A stretch of DNA of 64,000 nt, from the IMG/VR virus record IMGVR_UViG_3300032322_001765, positions 124,001 through 188,000 of that record; one strand, given 5' to 3'. The number at the start of each line of letters is the position of its first letter. The first letter of the stretch is position 1. The notes under the pieces are model-generated. The model searched no databases, was not told the DNA's origin, and saw only the letters and a list, made by a program, of their open reading frames with translations. Positions 58,056 to 64,000 of the stretch are shown piece after piece. The position numbers and the translations under genes were made by a program.

Positions 58056-58616
58056 ATGTCTGTCTTAGCTTTGGATATCACAGGAATCCCTAGACAATGG
58101 GTTTCAAACGATATTGCAATCACTTACCATGCAAAAGAGATGGTAGCATGGAGTATTGGTGAAATTGTTGCACGTTATCGTGGTGGCATTCAAAATAATG
58201 GCAAAATGAGTTATCTTGAAACTCCTAGTATTATTGCCATTAAAGGACATGGTTTTGATCCTAGCAAACATGGCAAAGTTGCACTTACTAATAAAACATT
58301 GTTTGGGCGTGACCGTCATGTATGTGCATACTGCGGCGGACATTTTTCGAATTCAAACAACTTAAGTCGTGACCATATTTTACCTAAAAGCAGAGGTGGT
58401 GCAAACAATTGGATGAATGTGGTTACTGCATGTACTCCATGCAATAACAAGAAAGACAACAAAACATTGAAAGAGGCACGAATGGAATTGCTTTATGTTC
58501 CCTATGAGCCAAATTTCTTTGAAGCAATGATTTTGCAAAATAGAAATATTCTCGCTGATCAAATGGAATACTTAATGACAGGTGTACCAAAACATAGCAG
58601 AATTTTGTTATCATAA
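58056..58616 (+). CDS. HNH endonuclease (McrA-like)
   Basis: RDRHVCAYCG, SRDHILPKSRGG, WMNVVTACTPCNNKK; AGGAG RBS. Confidence 0.92.
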   Translation: MSVLALDITGIPRQWVSNDIAITYHAKEMVAWSIGEIVARYRGGIQNNGKMSYLETPSIIAIKGHGFDPSKHGKVALTNKTLFGRDRHVCAYCGGHFSNSNNLSRDHILPKSRGGANNWMNVVTACTPCNNKKDNKTLKEARMELLYVPYEPNFFEAMILQNRNILADQMEYLMTGVPKHSRILLS

Positions 58617-58624
58617 TAAAAACA

Positions 58625-58653
58625 TTGACATAAAATGTTTTGTGTGATATGAT
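58625..58653 (+). promoter_or_regulatory. sigma70-type promoter
   Basis: TTGACA-17 nt-TATGAT. Confidence 0.7.
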
Positions 58654-58672
58654 TGCGTTTAAATAGTTTTAT

Positions 58673-58747
58673 GCTGGCGTGGCTCAACGGTAGAGCAACG
58701 GATTTGTAATCCGTAGGTTGAGGGTTCGATTCCTTTCGCCAGCACCA
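58673..58747 (+). tRNA. tRNA-Thr(TGT)
   Basis: ACGGA-TTTGTAA-TCCGT; CCA. Confidence 0.95.
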
Positions 58748-58753
58748 TTTTAT

Positions 58754-58829
58754 TGTCTAGTAGCTCAGTCGGTAGAGCAGGTGACTGTTAATCACCCTGT
58801 CGTAGGTTCGATCCCTACCTAGACAGCCA
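58754..58829 (+). tRNA. tRNA-Asn(GTT)
   Basis: GGTGA-CTGTTAA-TCACC; G73; CCA. Confidence 0.95.
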
Positions 58830-58853
58830 AACTTCTTGTATTATAGGTATATT

Positions 58854-59048
58854 ATGTTAGTTACTGAAGCACAAGGTTACAAACTTTTCTGTGAAACACA
58901 AAAAATTGATTTCCCGCCGGACACCTATTATGTTCGTATTTTTACCAAATATGAATTTGCTAAGAACTCTGATGCGGAGCAAACTAAGATTGAACTTTTT
59001 CTAACTAAAAGTGAATTAGACAATCTTAGACAAATGCTTACTGTCTAA
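58854..59048 (+). CDS. Small hypothetical protein (MLVTEAQGYKLFC...)
   Basis: AGGT RBS, ATG at 58854; fills the inter-tRNA gap. Confidence 0.55.
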   Translation: MLVTEAQGYKLFCETQKIDFPPDTYYVRIFTKYEFAKNSDAEQTKIELFLTKSELDNLRQMLTV

Positions 59049-59055
59049 TTAATTT

Positions 59056-59130
59056 CTGGCGTTCGTATAAGGGATAATACTACAGACTTCTAATCTGTAA
59101 ATCCAGGTTCGAGTCCTGGACGCCGGACCA
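59056..59130 (+). tRNA. tRNA-Arg(TCT)
   Basis: ACAGA-CTTCTAA-TCTGT; CCA. Confidence 0.95.
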
Positions 59131-59159
59131 AATTATCAAACTAGCAACAAAAATAATTG

Positions 59160-59188
59160 TTGACGATAAATCCTATTTGATGTATAAT
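59160..59188 (+). promoter_or_regulatory. sigma70-type promoter
   Basis: TTGACG-17 nt-TATAAT. Confidence 0.75.
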
Positions 59189-59233
59189 TCTTTTTATCGT
59201 AGTTAATATCTTTAACAATTTAATAACATTTAG

Positions 59234-59309
59234 GCACCCATCGTCTAGAGGCCTAGGACATTGCCCTTTCAAGGCAGTAACACGGGTTCGAATCCCGTTG
59301 GGTGTACCA
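59234..59309 (+). tRNA. tRNA-Glu(TTC)
   Basis: TTGCC-CTTTCAA-GGCAG; CCA. Confidence 0.95.
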
Positions 59310-59369
59310 GTTAATGGTATAACTAACTGTGATACAAGCACAATATGCTTGGTAGATTATACCATACTT

Positions 59370-59446
59370 GCCCACTTAGCTCATTCGGTTAGAGCATCGT
59401 CTTGATAAGGCGGGGGTGCTTGGTTCGATTCCAAGAGTGGGCACCA
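59370..59446 (+). tRNA. tRNA-Ile(GAT)
   Basis: TCGTC-TTGATAA-GGCGG; CCA. Confidence 0.93.
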
Positions 59447-59527
59447 TATTGAAGCACATTATTAGTGACGCTGGGAAGGACAAGATTCAGCGGTAAATAA
59501 ATCCTTCATTAGTGTGTTTCAATATGG
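59444..59527 (+). ncRNA. Conserved-stem hairpin element, copy 2
   Basis: CCATATTGAAGCACATT / AGTGTGTTTCAATATGG, 17 bp with two G-U pairs; begins at the CCA of tRNA-Ile. Confidence 0.55.
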
Positions 59528-59556
59528 TTGACAATAAATCAGTTTGCTGTTAAACT
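59528..59556 (+). promoter_or_regulatory. sigma70-type promoter upstream of the putative ncRNA
   Basis: TTGACA-17 nt-TAAACT. Confidence 0.65.
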
Positions 59557-59569
59557 AGCGGCAAATAAA

Positions 59570-59763
59570 GATTCCGGTTACTACTTTCCTGAAAGTAGCG
59601 TGTGGCGACGATAATTGACCCGGTGGCAGCAAACCGTTAGCGAGGTAACTCCTCAGGCACTGCTAGGCAGAATCCCAACTGCACACAGACACGAGAATAA
59701 ACGGGATGGACAGGGTAACAACTCTGCTAAGGGGCGATGCCTGGAAAACACGTAGCCTTAGCA
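59570..59763 (+). ncRNA. Unrecognised structured ncRNA, copy A
   Basis: GC-rich, non-coding; shares GATGGACAGGGTAACAACTC and the flanking hairpin layout with 60644-60843. Confidence 0.6.
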
Positions 59764-59889
59764 ATATTAGTTTTGCAGTTTGTAAGCACAGAAGCCGGCG
59801 CGAGGCATTATGTAACCAAAGCAATAAACAGTAATCACGTGTAAAGCTGTTGAGCGAGGCATATAGTATAAACTGCAAAACTAATATTG
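59762..59889 (+). repeat. Perfect 20-bp inverted repeat enclosing an 88-nt insert
   Basis: CAATATTAGTTTTGCAGTTT (59762-59781) / AAACTGCAAAACTAATATTG (59870-59889). Confidence 0.85.
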
Positions 59890-59965
59890 GCTTCATAGTT
59901 CAGTTGGTTAGAACGCCGCCCTGTCACGGCGGAGGTCAGGGGTTCGAGTCCCCTTGAGGTCGCCA
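59889..59965 (+). tRNA. tRNA-Asp(GTC)
   Basis: CCGCC-CTGTCAC-GGCGG; G73; CCA. Confidence 0.95.
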
Positions 59966-60047
59966 AACATAGGGTAAACTTCTACTTGCACTTAATTTGA
60001 ACTTAAAGTAAAATATAGGTTCTTTAGTTAAGTCATTGGAGAACAGA

Positions 60048-60251
60048 ATGAATTTGAAATTGAAAGCAGCATTGTATACCTTTCTATATGCATTAACAGG
60101 ATTAGGTGTAGGATTTGTAGTATCACAACTGCCTACTTGGACAGTAGTAACACTTGTGTGTATTTTTGGAATTTGTCTAGCATATATTCTTATACATACA
60201 GGACTAAAATACGATGAAGCAGTAAAAGAAATAAGTAAGAAGTACGAATAA
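60048..60251 (+). CDS. Small two-TM membrane protein
   Basis: GGAG RBS, ATG at 60048; two hydrophobic stretches. Confidence 0.6.
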   Translation: MNLKLKAALYTFLYALTGLGVGFVVSQLPTWTVVTLVCIFGICLAYILIHTGLKYDEAVKEISKKYE

Positions 60252-60259
60252 TGTAGTTA

Positions 60260-60350
60260 GGAGCGTTGGCCGAGTGGTCGAAGGCAGTGGTTTGCTAAAC
60301 CATCGTACATCAAAAATGTACCATTAGTTCGAATCTAATACGCTCCGCCA
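60260..60350 (+). tRNA. tRNA-Ser(GCT)
   Basis: GTGGT-TTGCTAA-ACCAT; long variable arm; G73. Confidence 0.95.
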
Positions 60351-60377
60351 GTTTTCATATTTTATTTAGGAAAGAAA

Positions 60378-60557
60378 ATGAAATATCTTAATTTTGTATT
60401 ACCCGTTATAATCACACTACTTTCAATAATTGGAATTATTGCTAGTTATGGTGCAGGTAACGATTCTGCACTTAGTGCATATGTTGTAGCATTATCAGGT
60501 TGGATGGTAATCGCAACGGATGAAGTTATTAAATTTATTGATAGTCGAAGAAAATAA
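60378..60557 (+). CDS. Small two-TM membrane protein, 59 aa (MKYLNFVLPVIITLLSIIGIIASYG...)
   Basis: AGGA RBS; just under the ORF-track cutoff. Confidence 0.6.
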   Translation: MKYLNFVLPVIITLLSIIGIIASYGAGNDSALSAYVVALSGWMVIATDEVIKFIDSRRK

Positions 60558-60563
60558 ATTTAT

Positions 60564-60641
60564 GCAACGGTGGCAGAGAGGCCCAATGCAAGAGTCTGCA
60601 AAACTCTAAAGCCGTCAGTTCGAATCTGACCCGTTGCTCCA
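60564..60641 (+). tRNA. tRNA-Cys(GCA)
   Basis: AGAGT-CTGCAAA-ACTCT; U73; CCA. Confidence 0.95.
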
Positions 60642-60643
60642 AG

Positions 60644-60843
60644 TATCCCGCAGGCCCTTCTGCGCTATGAAAGGGGGTATATTGGCTTCACCATAACGCC
60701 AGGGCTCTTACGTTGATAGCCTCAAAGCCCGCTTGACATGGGTGATAGAAAAAACGTAGGTGGGTATCACACCTTGCCAGAAGTAAATGTGATGGACAGG
60801 GTAACAACTCAGTAAGGGGCTTATGGGAATAAGTAGCCTTACA
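60644..60843 (+). ncRNA. Unrecognised structured ncRNA, copy B
   Basis: GATGGACAGGGTAACAACTC at 60791-60810, followed by a GTAAGG...CCTTAC hairpin. Confidence 0.6.
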
Positions 60844-60867
60844 CTTTATACTATAGGAGATCCTGTT

Positions 60868-60906
60868 ATGGATAGTGACAAGAGTGACAAGATAATGCGG
60901 GCATAG
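60868..60906 (+). CDS. Putative 12-aa mini-ORF (MDSDKSDKIMRA) overlapping the 5' end of tRNA-Lys
   Basis: AGGAG at normal spacing before the ATG; stop codon falls inside the tRNA. Confidence 0.35.
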   Translation: MDSDKSDKIMRA

Positions 60907-60972
60907 CTCAGTCGGTAGAGCAGTAGACTTTTAATCTATTGGTCGTGGGTTCGAATCCCCCTGCCCGTACCA
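60897..60972 (+). tRNA. tRNA-Lys(TTT)
   Basis: GTAGA-CTTTTAA-TCTAT; CCA. Confidence 0.95.
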
Positions 60973-61050
60973 TATAAAAACACATTCGCTTATATTTTAA
61001 CGGCTTGCAAGGCACGGGCGTATAAGAGTATTGAGTGTGTTTCTATATGG
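60970..61050 (+). ncRNA. Conserved-stem hairpin element, copy 3
   Basis: CCATATAAAAACACATTC / GAGTGTGTTTCTATATGG; begins at the CCA of tRNA-Lys. Confidence 0.55.
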
Positions 61051-61056
61051 TTTATT

Positions 61057-61141
61057 GGGGATGCGGCTAAGTTAGAGAGTGGCGGCGGACTGTAAATCCG
61101 TTCTTTCGGGTGAGTAGGTGCGAATCCTTCCATCCCCACCA
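61057..61141 (+). tRNA. tRNA-Tyr(GTA), atypical D/T loops
   Basis: GCGGA-CTGTAAA-TCCGT; variable arm; T-loop TGCGAAT; CCA. Confidence 0.85.
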
Positions 61142-61147
61142 ATTAAT

Positions 61148-61221
61148 TCCGGTGTAGTATAATGGCAGTGCGACGGTCTCCAAAACCGTTAGTGGGAGTT
61201 CGATTCTCTCCACCGGAGCCA
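61148..61221 (+). tRNA. tRNA-Trp(CCA)
   Basis: ACGGT-CTCCAAA-ACCGT; G73. Confidence 0.95.
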
Positions 61222-61222
61222 G

Positions 61223-61444
61223 TTATTTAGTGAATCGTCTAATATGTGTAGATATAGGAGTATTATATTGTTCTGTACCGCGATCACCGCCTACTGTTAA
61301 ACGTAAGTTTACATCAACGGTTTTTGCGTAATAGTTTACATAATTGGCAATTTTACTACTTGTTGTTCTAATTAGACAAATACCGGCATTATTACAAACT
61401 ATGTAGGTAGTTATTCCGAATTCGTCTTTGTCTATGAATAGCAT
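61223..61444 (-). CDS. Small hypothetical protein antisense to the tRNA array (MLFIDKDEFG...)
   Basis: Fills the gap between tRNA-Trp and the next promoter; start uncertain (61444 or 61513). Confidence 0.45.
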   Translation of the reverse strand: MLFIDKDEFGITTYIVCNNAGICLIRTTSSKIANYVNYYAKTVDVNLRLTVGGDRGTEQYNTPISTHIRRFTK

Positions 61445-61524
61445 AACATATTTATTAATATTTGGGCAACTAATAGTTGCATTATTAATTTGTTTGATGT
61501 ATAATCTATACATAAGTTAGAAAT

Positions 61525-61601
61525 GCCTCTGTAGCTCAATCGGTCAGAGCAGCGGACTCATAATCCGTTGGTTAGGGGTTCGAGTCCCTTCGGAGGCACC
61601 A
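61525..61601 (+). tRNA. tRNA with CAT anticodon (Ile2 or elongator Met)
   Basis: GCGGA-CTCATAA-TCCGT; G1-C72; CCA. Confidence 0.9.
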
Positions 61602-61609
61602 GGTATTAT

Positions 61610-61683
61610 GCGGGATTAGTTTAATGGTAAAACGAAAGCCTTCCAAGCTCTAGTTATCAGTTCGATTCTGATATCCCGCTCCA
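61610..61683 (+). tRNA. tRNA-Gly(TCC)
   Basis: GCGGGAT/ATCCCGC acceptor; CTTCCAA loop; U73. Confidence 0.93.
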
Positions 61684-61692
61684 AGTTAGAAT

Positions 61693-61776
61693 GCCCGGGT
61701 GGTGAAATGGTAGACACAAAGGACTTAAAATCCTTCGCCGCAAGGCGTGCCGGTTCGAGTCCGGCTTCGGGTACCA
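61693..61776 (+). tRNA. tRNA-Leu(TAA)
   Basis: AAGGA-CTTAAAA-TCCTT; variable arm CGCC-GCAA-GGCG. Confidence 0.95.
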
Positions 61777-61784
61777 AGTAACAT

Positions 61785-61867
61785 GCGCATATGGCGAAAT
61801 TGGTAGACGCGCCAGATTTAGGTTCTGGTCTCAACGGGTGGGGGTTCGAGTCCCTCTATGCGCACCA
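61785..61867 (+). tRNA. tRNA-Leu(TAG)
   Basis: CCAGA-TTTAGGT-TCTGG; variable arm; CCA. Confidence 0.95.
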
Positions 61868-61900
61868 CTGTTCTCTTTTATAAAGATAAATAATTGTACT

Positions 61901-62074
61901 ATGGCACAATTAAAAATCTTCATTAACGACAAACTATACAAAACAGTACCATTAGATACTGAAAAATATGAGCCTTCTTGGTATTGGCCTCAAATTAAGG
62001 CTGATAAAGAAGCCGGTTTACTAAATTCTTTTAACATTGAAGAATCAATGAAAGTAGAATTTAGAAAAATATAA
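61901..62074 (+). CDS. Small hypothetical protein (MAQLKIFINDKLYK...)
   Basis: TAAATA at 61887-61892, ATG at 61901. Confidence 0.6.
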   Translation: MAQLKIFINDKLYKTVPLDTEKYEPSWYWPQIKADKEAGLLNSFNIEESMKVEFRKI

Positions 62075-62152
62075 ACCATAATAGTTTGTATACTTTCAAT
62101 ATTGCAATGATATGCTCACGCATATCAAAAAAGCAAGCCTATTTTTTTAGCT

Positions 62153-62160
62153 TATAAATA
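62153..62160 (+). promoter_or_regulatory. T4-like late promoter TATAAATA upstream of the initiator-like tRNA
   Basis: Exact motif 4 nt before the 5' extension stem. Confidence 0.6.
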
Positions 62161-62178
62161 AGTCGTAGGACATTAAGA

Positions 62179-62251
62179 CGCGGGTTAGGGAAGAGGTCAT
62201 CCCGTTAGGCTCATAACCTGAAGATCGTTGGTTCAAATCCAGCACCCGCAT
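62179..62251 (+). tRNA. Initiator-like tRNA-fMet(CAT), no encoded CCA
   Basis: C1-A72 mismatch, purine11:pyrimidine24, TTAGG-CTCATAA-CCTGA, TTCAAAT T-loop. Confidence 0.8.
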
Positions 62252-62269
62252 CTTAGTGTCTTACAATAA

Positions 62270-62348
62270 CCGGGTGTAGCTTAGTCTGGCTTAAAGCGCC
62301 TGCTTTGGGAGCAGGAGATCGTGAGTTCGAATCCCACTTCCCGGACCA
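62270..62348 (+). tRNA. tRNA-Pro(TGG)
   Basis: CCTGC-TTTGGGA-GCAGG; C1-G72, A73; CCA. Confidence 0.92.
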
Positions 62349-62367
62349 ATTCTTTTTAAGGTGATAT

Positions 62368-62505
62368 ATGGCTAAGCAAGTTGGAGTAAAAGAACGTAAG
62401 AAGGTAGTCAAATTAACTTGTCAGGGAGGAAGTAAACCCAAAACAAGTACTATGAATAAGGATTTAAAAAGAAGTTACAAGAAGTATAGAGGACAAGGTA
62501 AATAG
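62368..62505 (+). CDS. Small very basic protein, 45 aa, ending KRSYKKYRGQGK
   Basis: AAGGTG RBS; MAKQVGVKERKKVVKLTCQGGSKPKTSTMNKDLKRSYKKYRGQGK; not in ORF track. Confidence 0.7.
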   Translation: MAKQVGVKERKKVVKLTCQGGSKPKTSTMNKDLKRSYKKYRGQGK

Positions 62506-62579
62506 CATCGTTAGTTCAGCGGTAGAATCCCTGCCTTACAAGCAGGTTGTCGTTGGTTCGAATCCAGCACGATGCACCA
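62505..62579 (+). tRNA. tRNA-Val(TAC)
   Basis: CCTGC-CTTACAA-GCAGG; CCA. Confidence 0.95.
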
Positions 62580-62585
62580 AGTATT

Positions 62586-62660
62586 GCGGGTGTAATTCAG
62601 GGGTAGAATGTTTGCTTGCCAAGCAAAATGTCAGGAGTTCGAATCTCCTCACCCGCTCCA
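62586..62660 (+). tRNA. tRNA-Gly(GCC)
   Basis: TTTGC-TTGCCAA-GCAAA; U73; CCA. Confidence 0.95.
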
Positions 62661-62676
62661 ATTTTATATAATTTTT

Positions 62677-63917
62677 ATGGCACATCAACAACAATTTGAT
62701 TTTGTACAAAGAGTAAAGAATCGCTATCCAATAAATTTTTTTCAGAAAAAAGTTTTAGAAATTGGTAGCTTAAACATTAATGGCACAATAAGAGATTTTT
62801 TCAACTATTGTGATTATTTGGGAGTTGATGTAGGACAAGGTCCATGCGTCGATATAGTTTGTGAAGGTCAAAATGTAGATCATCCCGACAACACTTATGA
62901 CACAGTTGCAAGTTGTGAATGTTTTGAACACAACCCTCATTGGGTAGAAACTTTTCAAAATATGTATCGTATGACTAAGCCGGGTGGTTTAGTTTTTATG
63001 AGTTGTGCAACTACAGGTAGACCTGAACATGGTACAACACGTACTAGTCCTAGTGATAGTCCGTTAACAATTGGTATAGGTTGGGATTACTATAAAAATT
63101 TAACTGAACAAGATTTTAGAGATAACTTTAACATTGATGAAATGTTCAGTGAATATAAATTTGAAGTTGGTACATCACATCCTGATTTATATTTTTATGG
63201 TGTTAAAAAAACAAGTGATGTAATTGATTTTAGAAAATACTTTACTGAAAAGTATTACGACAGTAATTGGTTAAAAACTGCAAAAGAAACTTATGACAAT
63301 AACGATCCTTACCCGCATCTTGTCATAGATGATTTTTTACCAGTTGACGTAATGGAAAAAGTTTTAAATTCTTTCCCTCAACCCGGCGACTTAGATTGGT
63401 GGGAATTCAAGAATGATAACGAAATAAAATTAGGCAGTAGAAAAGAAATTCAATTACCGCAAGTAACAAGAAATGTATGTGCAGAATTAAATTCTGGCTA
63501 TGTGTTAGATTGGTTAGAGTATTTAACCAGTGTACCTGGGCTTATTGCTGATACAAGATTGTTTGGTGGTGGGTTGCATCAAATTGTGCGTGGTGGAAAA
63601 TTAAACATCCATGTAGATTTTAATATTGAACCACATACAAAATTACGTAGGCGACTTAATGTTCTAATCTATCTTAACAAAGATTGGAAAGAAGAATACG
63701 AAGGTTATTTAGAATTGTGGGACAAAACAAAAACACAATGTGTAAAAAAGATAGCGCCCGTTTTTAATCGTTGTGTAATTTTTAATACTAATGATACTTC
63801 ATGGCATGGGCATCCTACTCCATTAAATACGCCCGAACATATTACAAGAAAAAGTTTAGCCATGTATTATTACTCTGTCGATACAGAGAACGTAAAAGTT
63901 CATTCAACCATTTATTA

Positions 63918-63918
<1 letters not shown>
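62677..63918 (+). CDS. Class I methyltransferase fused to a 2OG-Fe(II) oxygenase
   Basis: True start MAHQQQ at 62677; VLEIGSLNING, ECFEH; PYPHLVIDDFL, GGLH, LNIHVDFN, RRLN..IYLN, SWHG..RKS. Confidence 0.88.

Positions 63919-64000
<82 letters not shown>

Noticed and set aside
59570-59763. tmRNA, RNase P RNA or HDV-like ribozyme identity for the duplicated ncRNA
   Set aside because: No tRNA-like Ala acceptor end or tag ORF, no RNase P P4 consensus, and no nested double pseudoknot could be built by eye
56991-62676. ORF-track calls overlapping tRNAs or ncRNA (56991, 57674, 59141, 59663, 61616) and extended starts at 57370, 61838, 62608
   Set aside because: They translate tRNA or ncRNA sequence; real starts lie downstream of the tRNAs

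Overview
AT-rich segment of a large tailed phage genome, standard genetic code, with T4-like TATAAATA late promoters plus sigma70-type promoters; IscU/IscA and PqqA point to a proteobacterial host (inference). Left to right: (1) a 5'-truncated giant RCC1-repeat protein with five inserted LamG domains; (2) a glycosyltransferase/methyltransferase/HldC-HldA/cupin sugar cluster; (3) nrdA-nrdB-glutaredoxin, PAAR, a SleB-type cell wall hydrolase and iscU/iscA; (4) a ~32 kb tailoring-enzyme island with 13 radical SAM genes, six 2OG-Fe(II)-like oxygenases, two kinase-fold proteins, PLP enzymes and a PP-loop protein, whose transcription units mostly start with a TAAATA box 4-5 nt before the start codon; (5) a 28-gene tRNA array covering all 20 amino acids. 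Features missing from the ORF track sit in and before the array: a pqqA precursor-peptide gene, a 46-codon leader ORF using all 20 amino acids followed by a terminator with a possible antiterminator, two copies of an unrecognised structured ncRNA, a family of conserved-stem/variable-insert hairpins, and several atypical tRNAs. All calls come from reading motifs by eye; no searches or folding were run.
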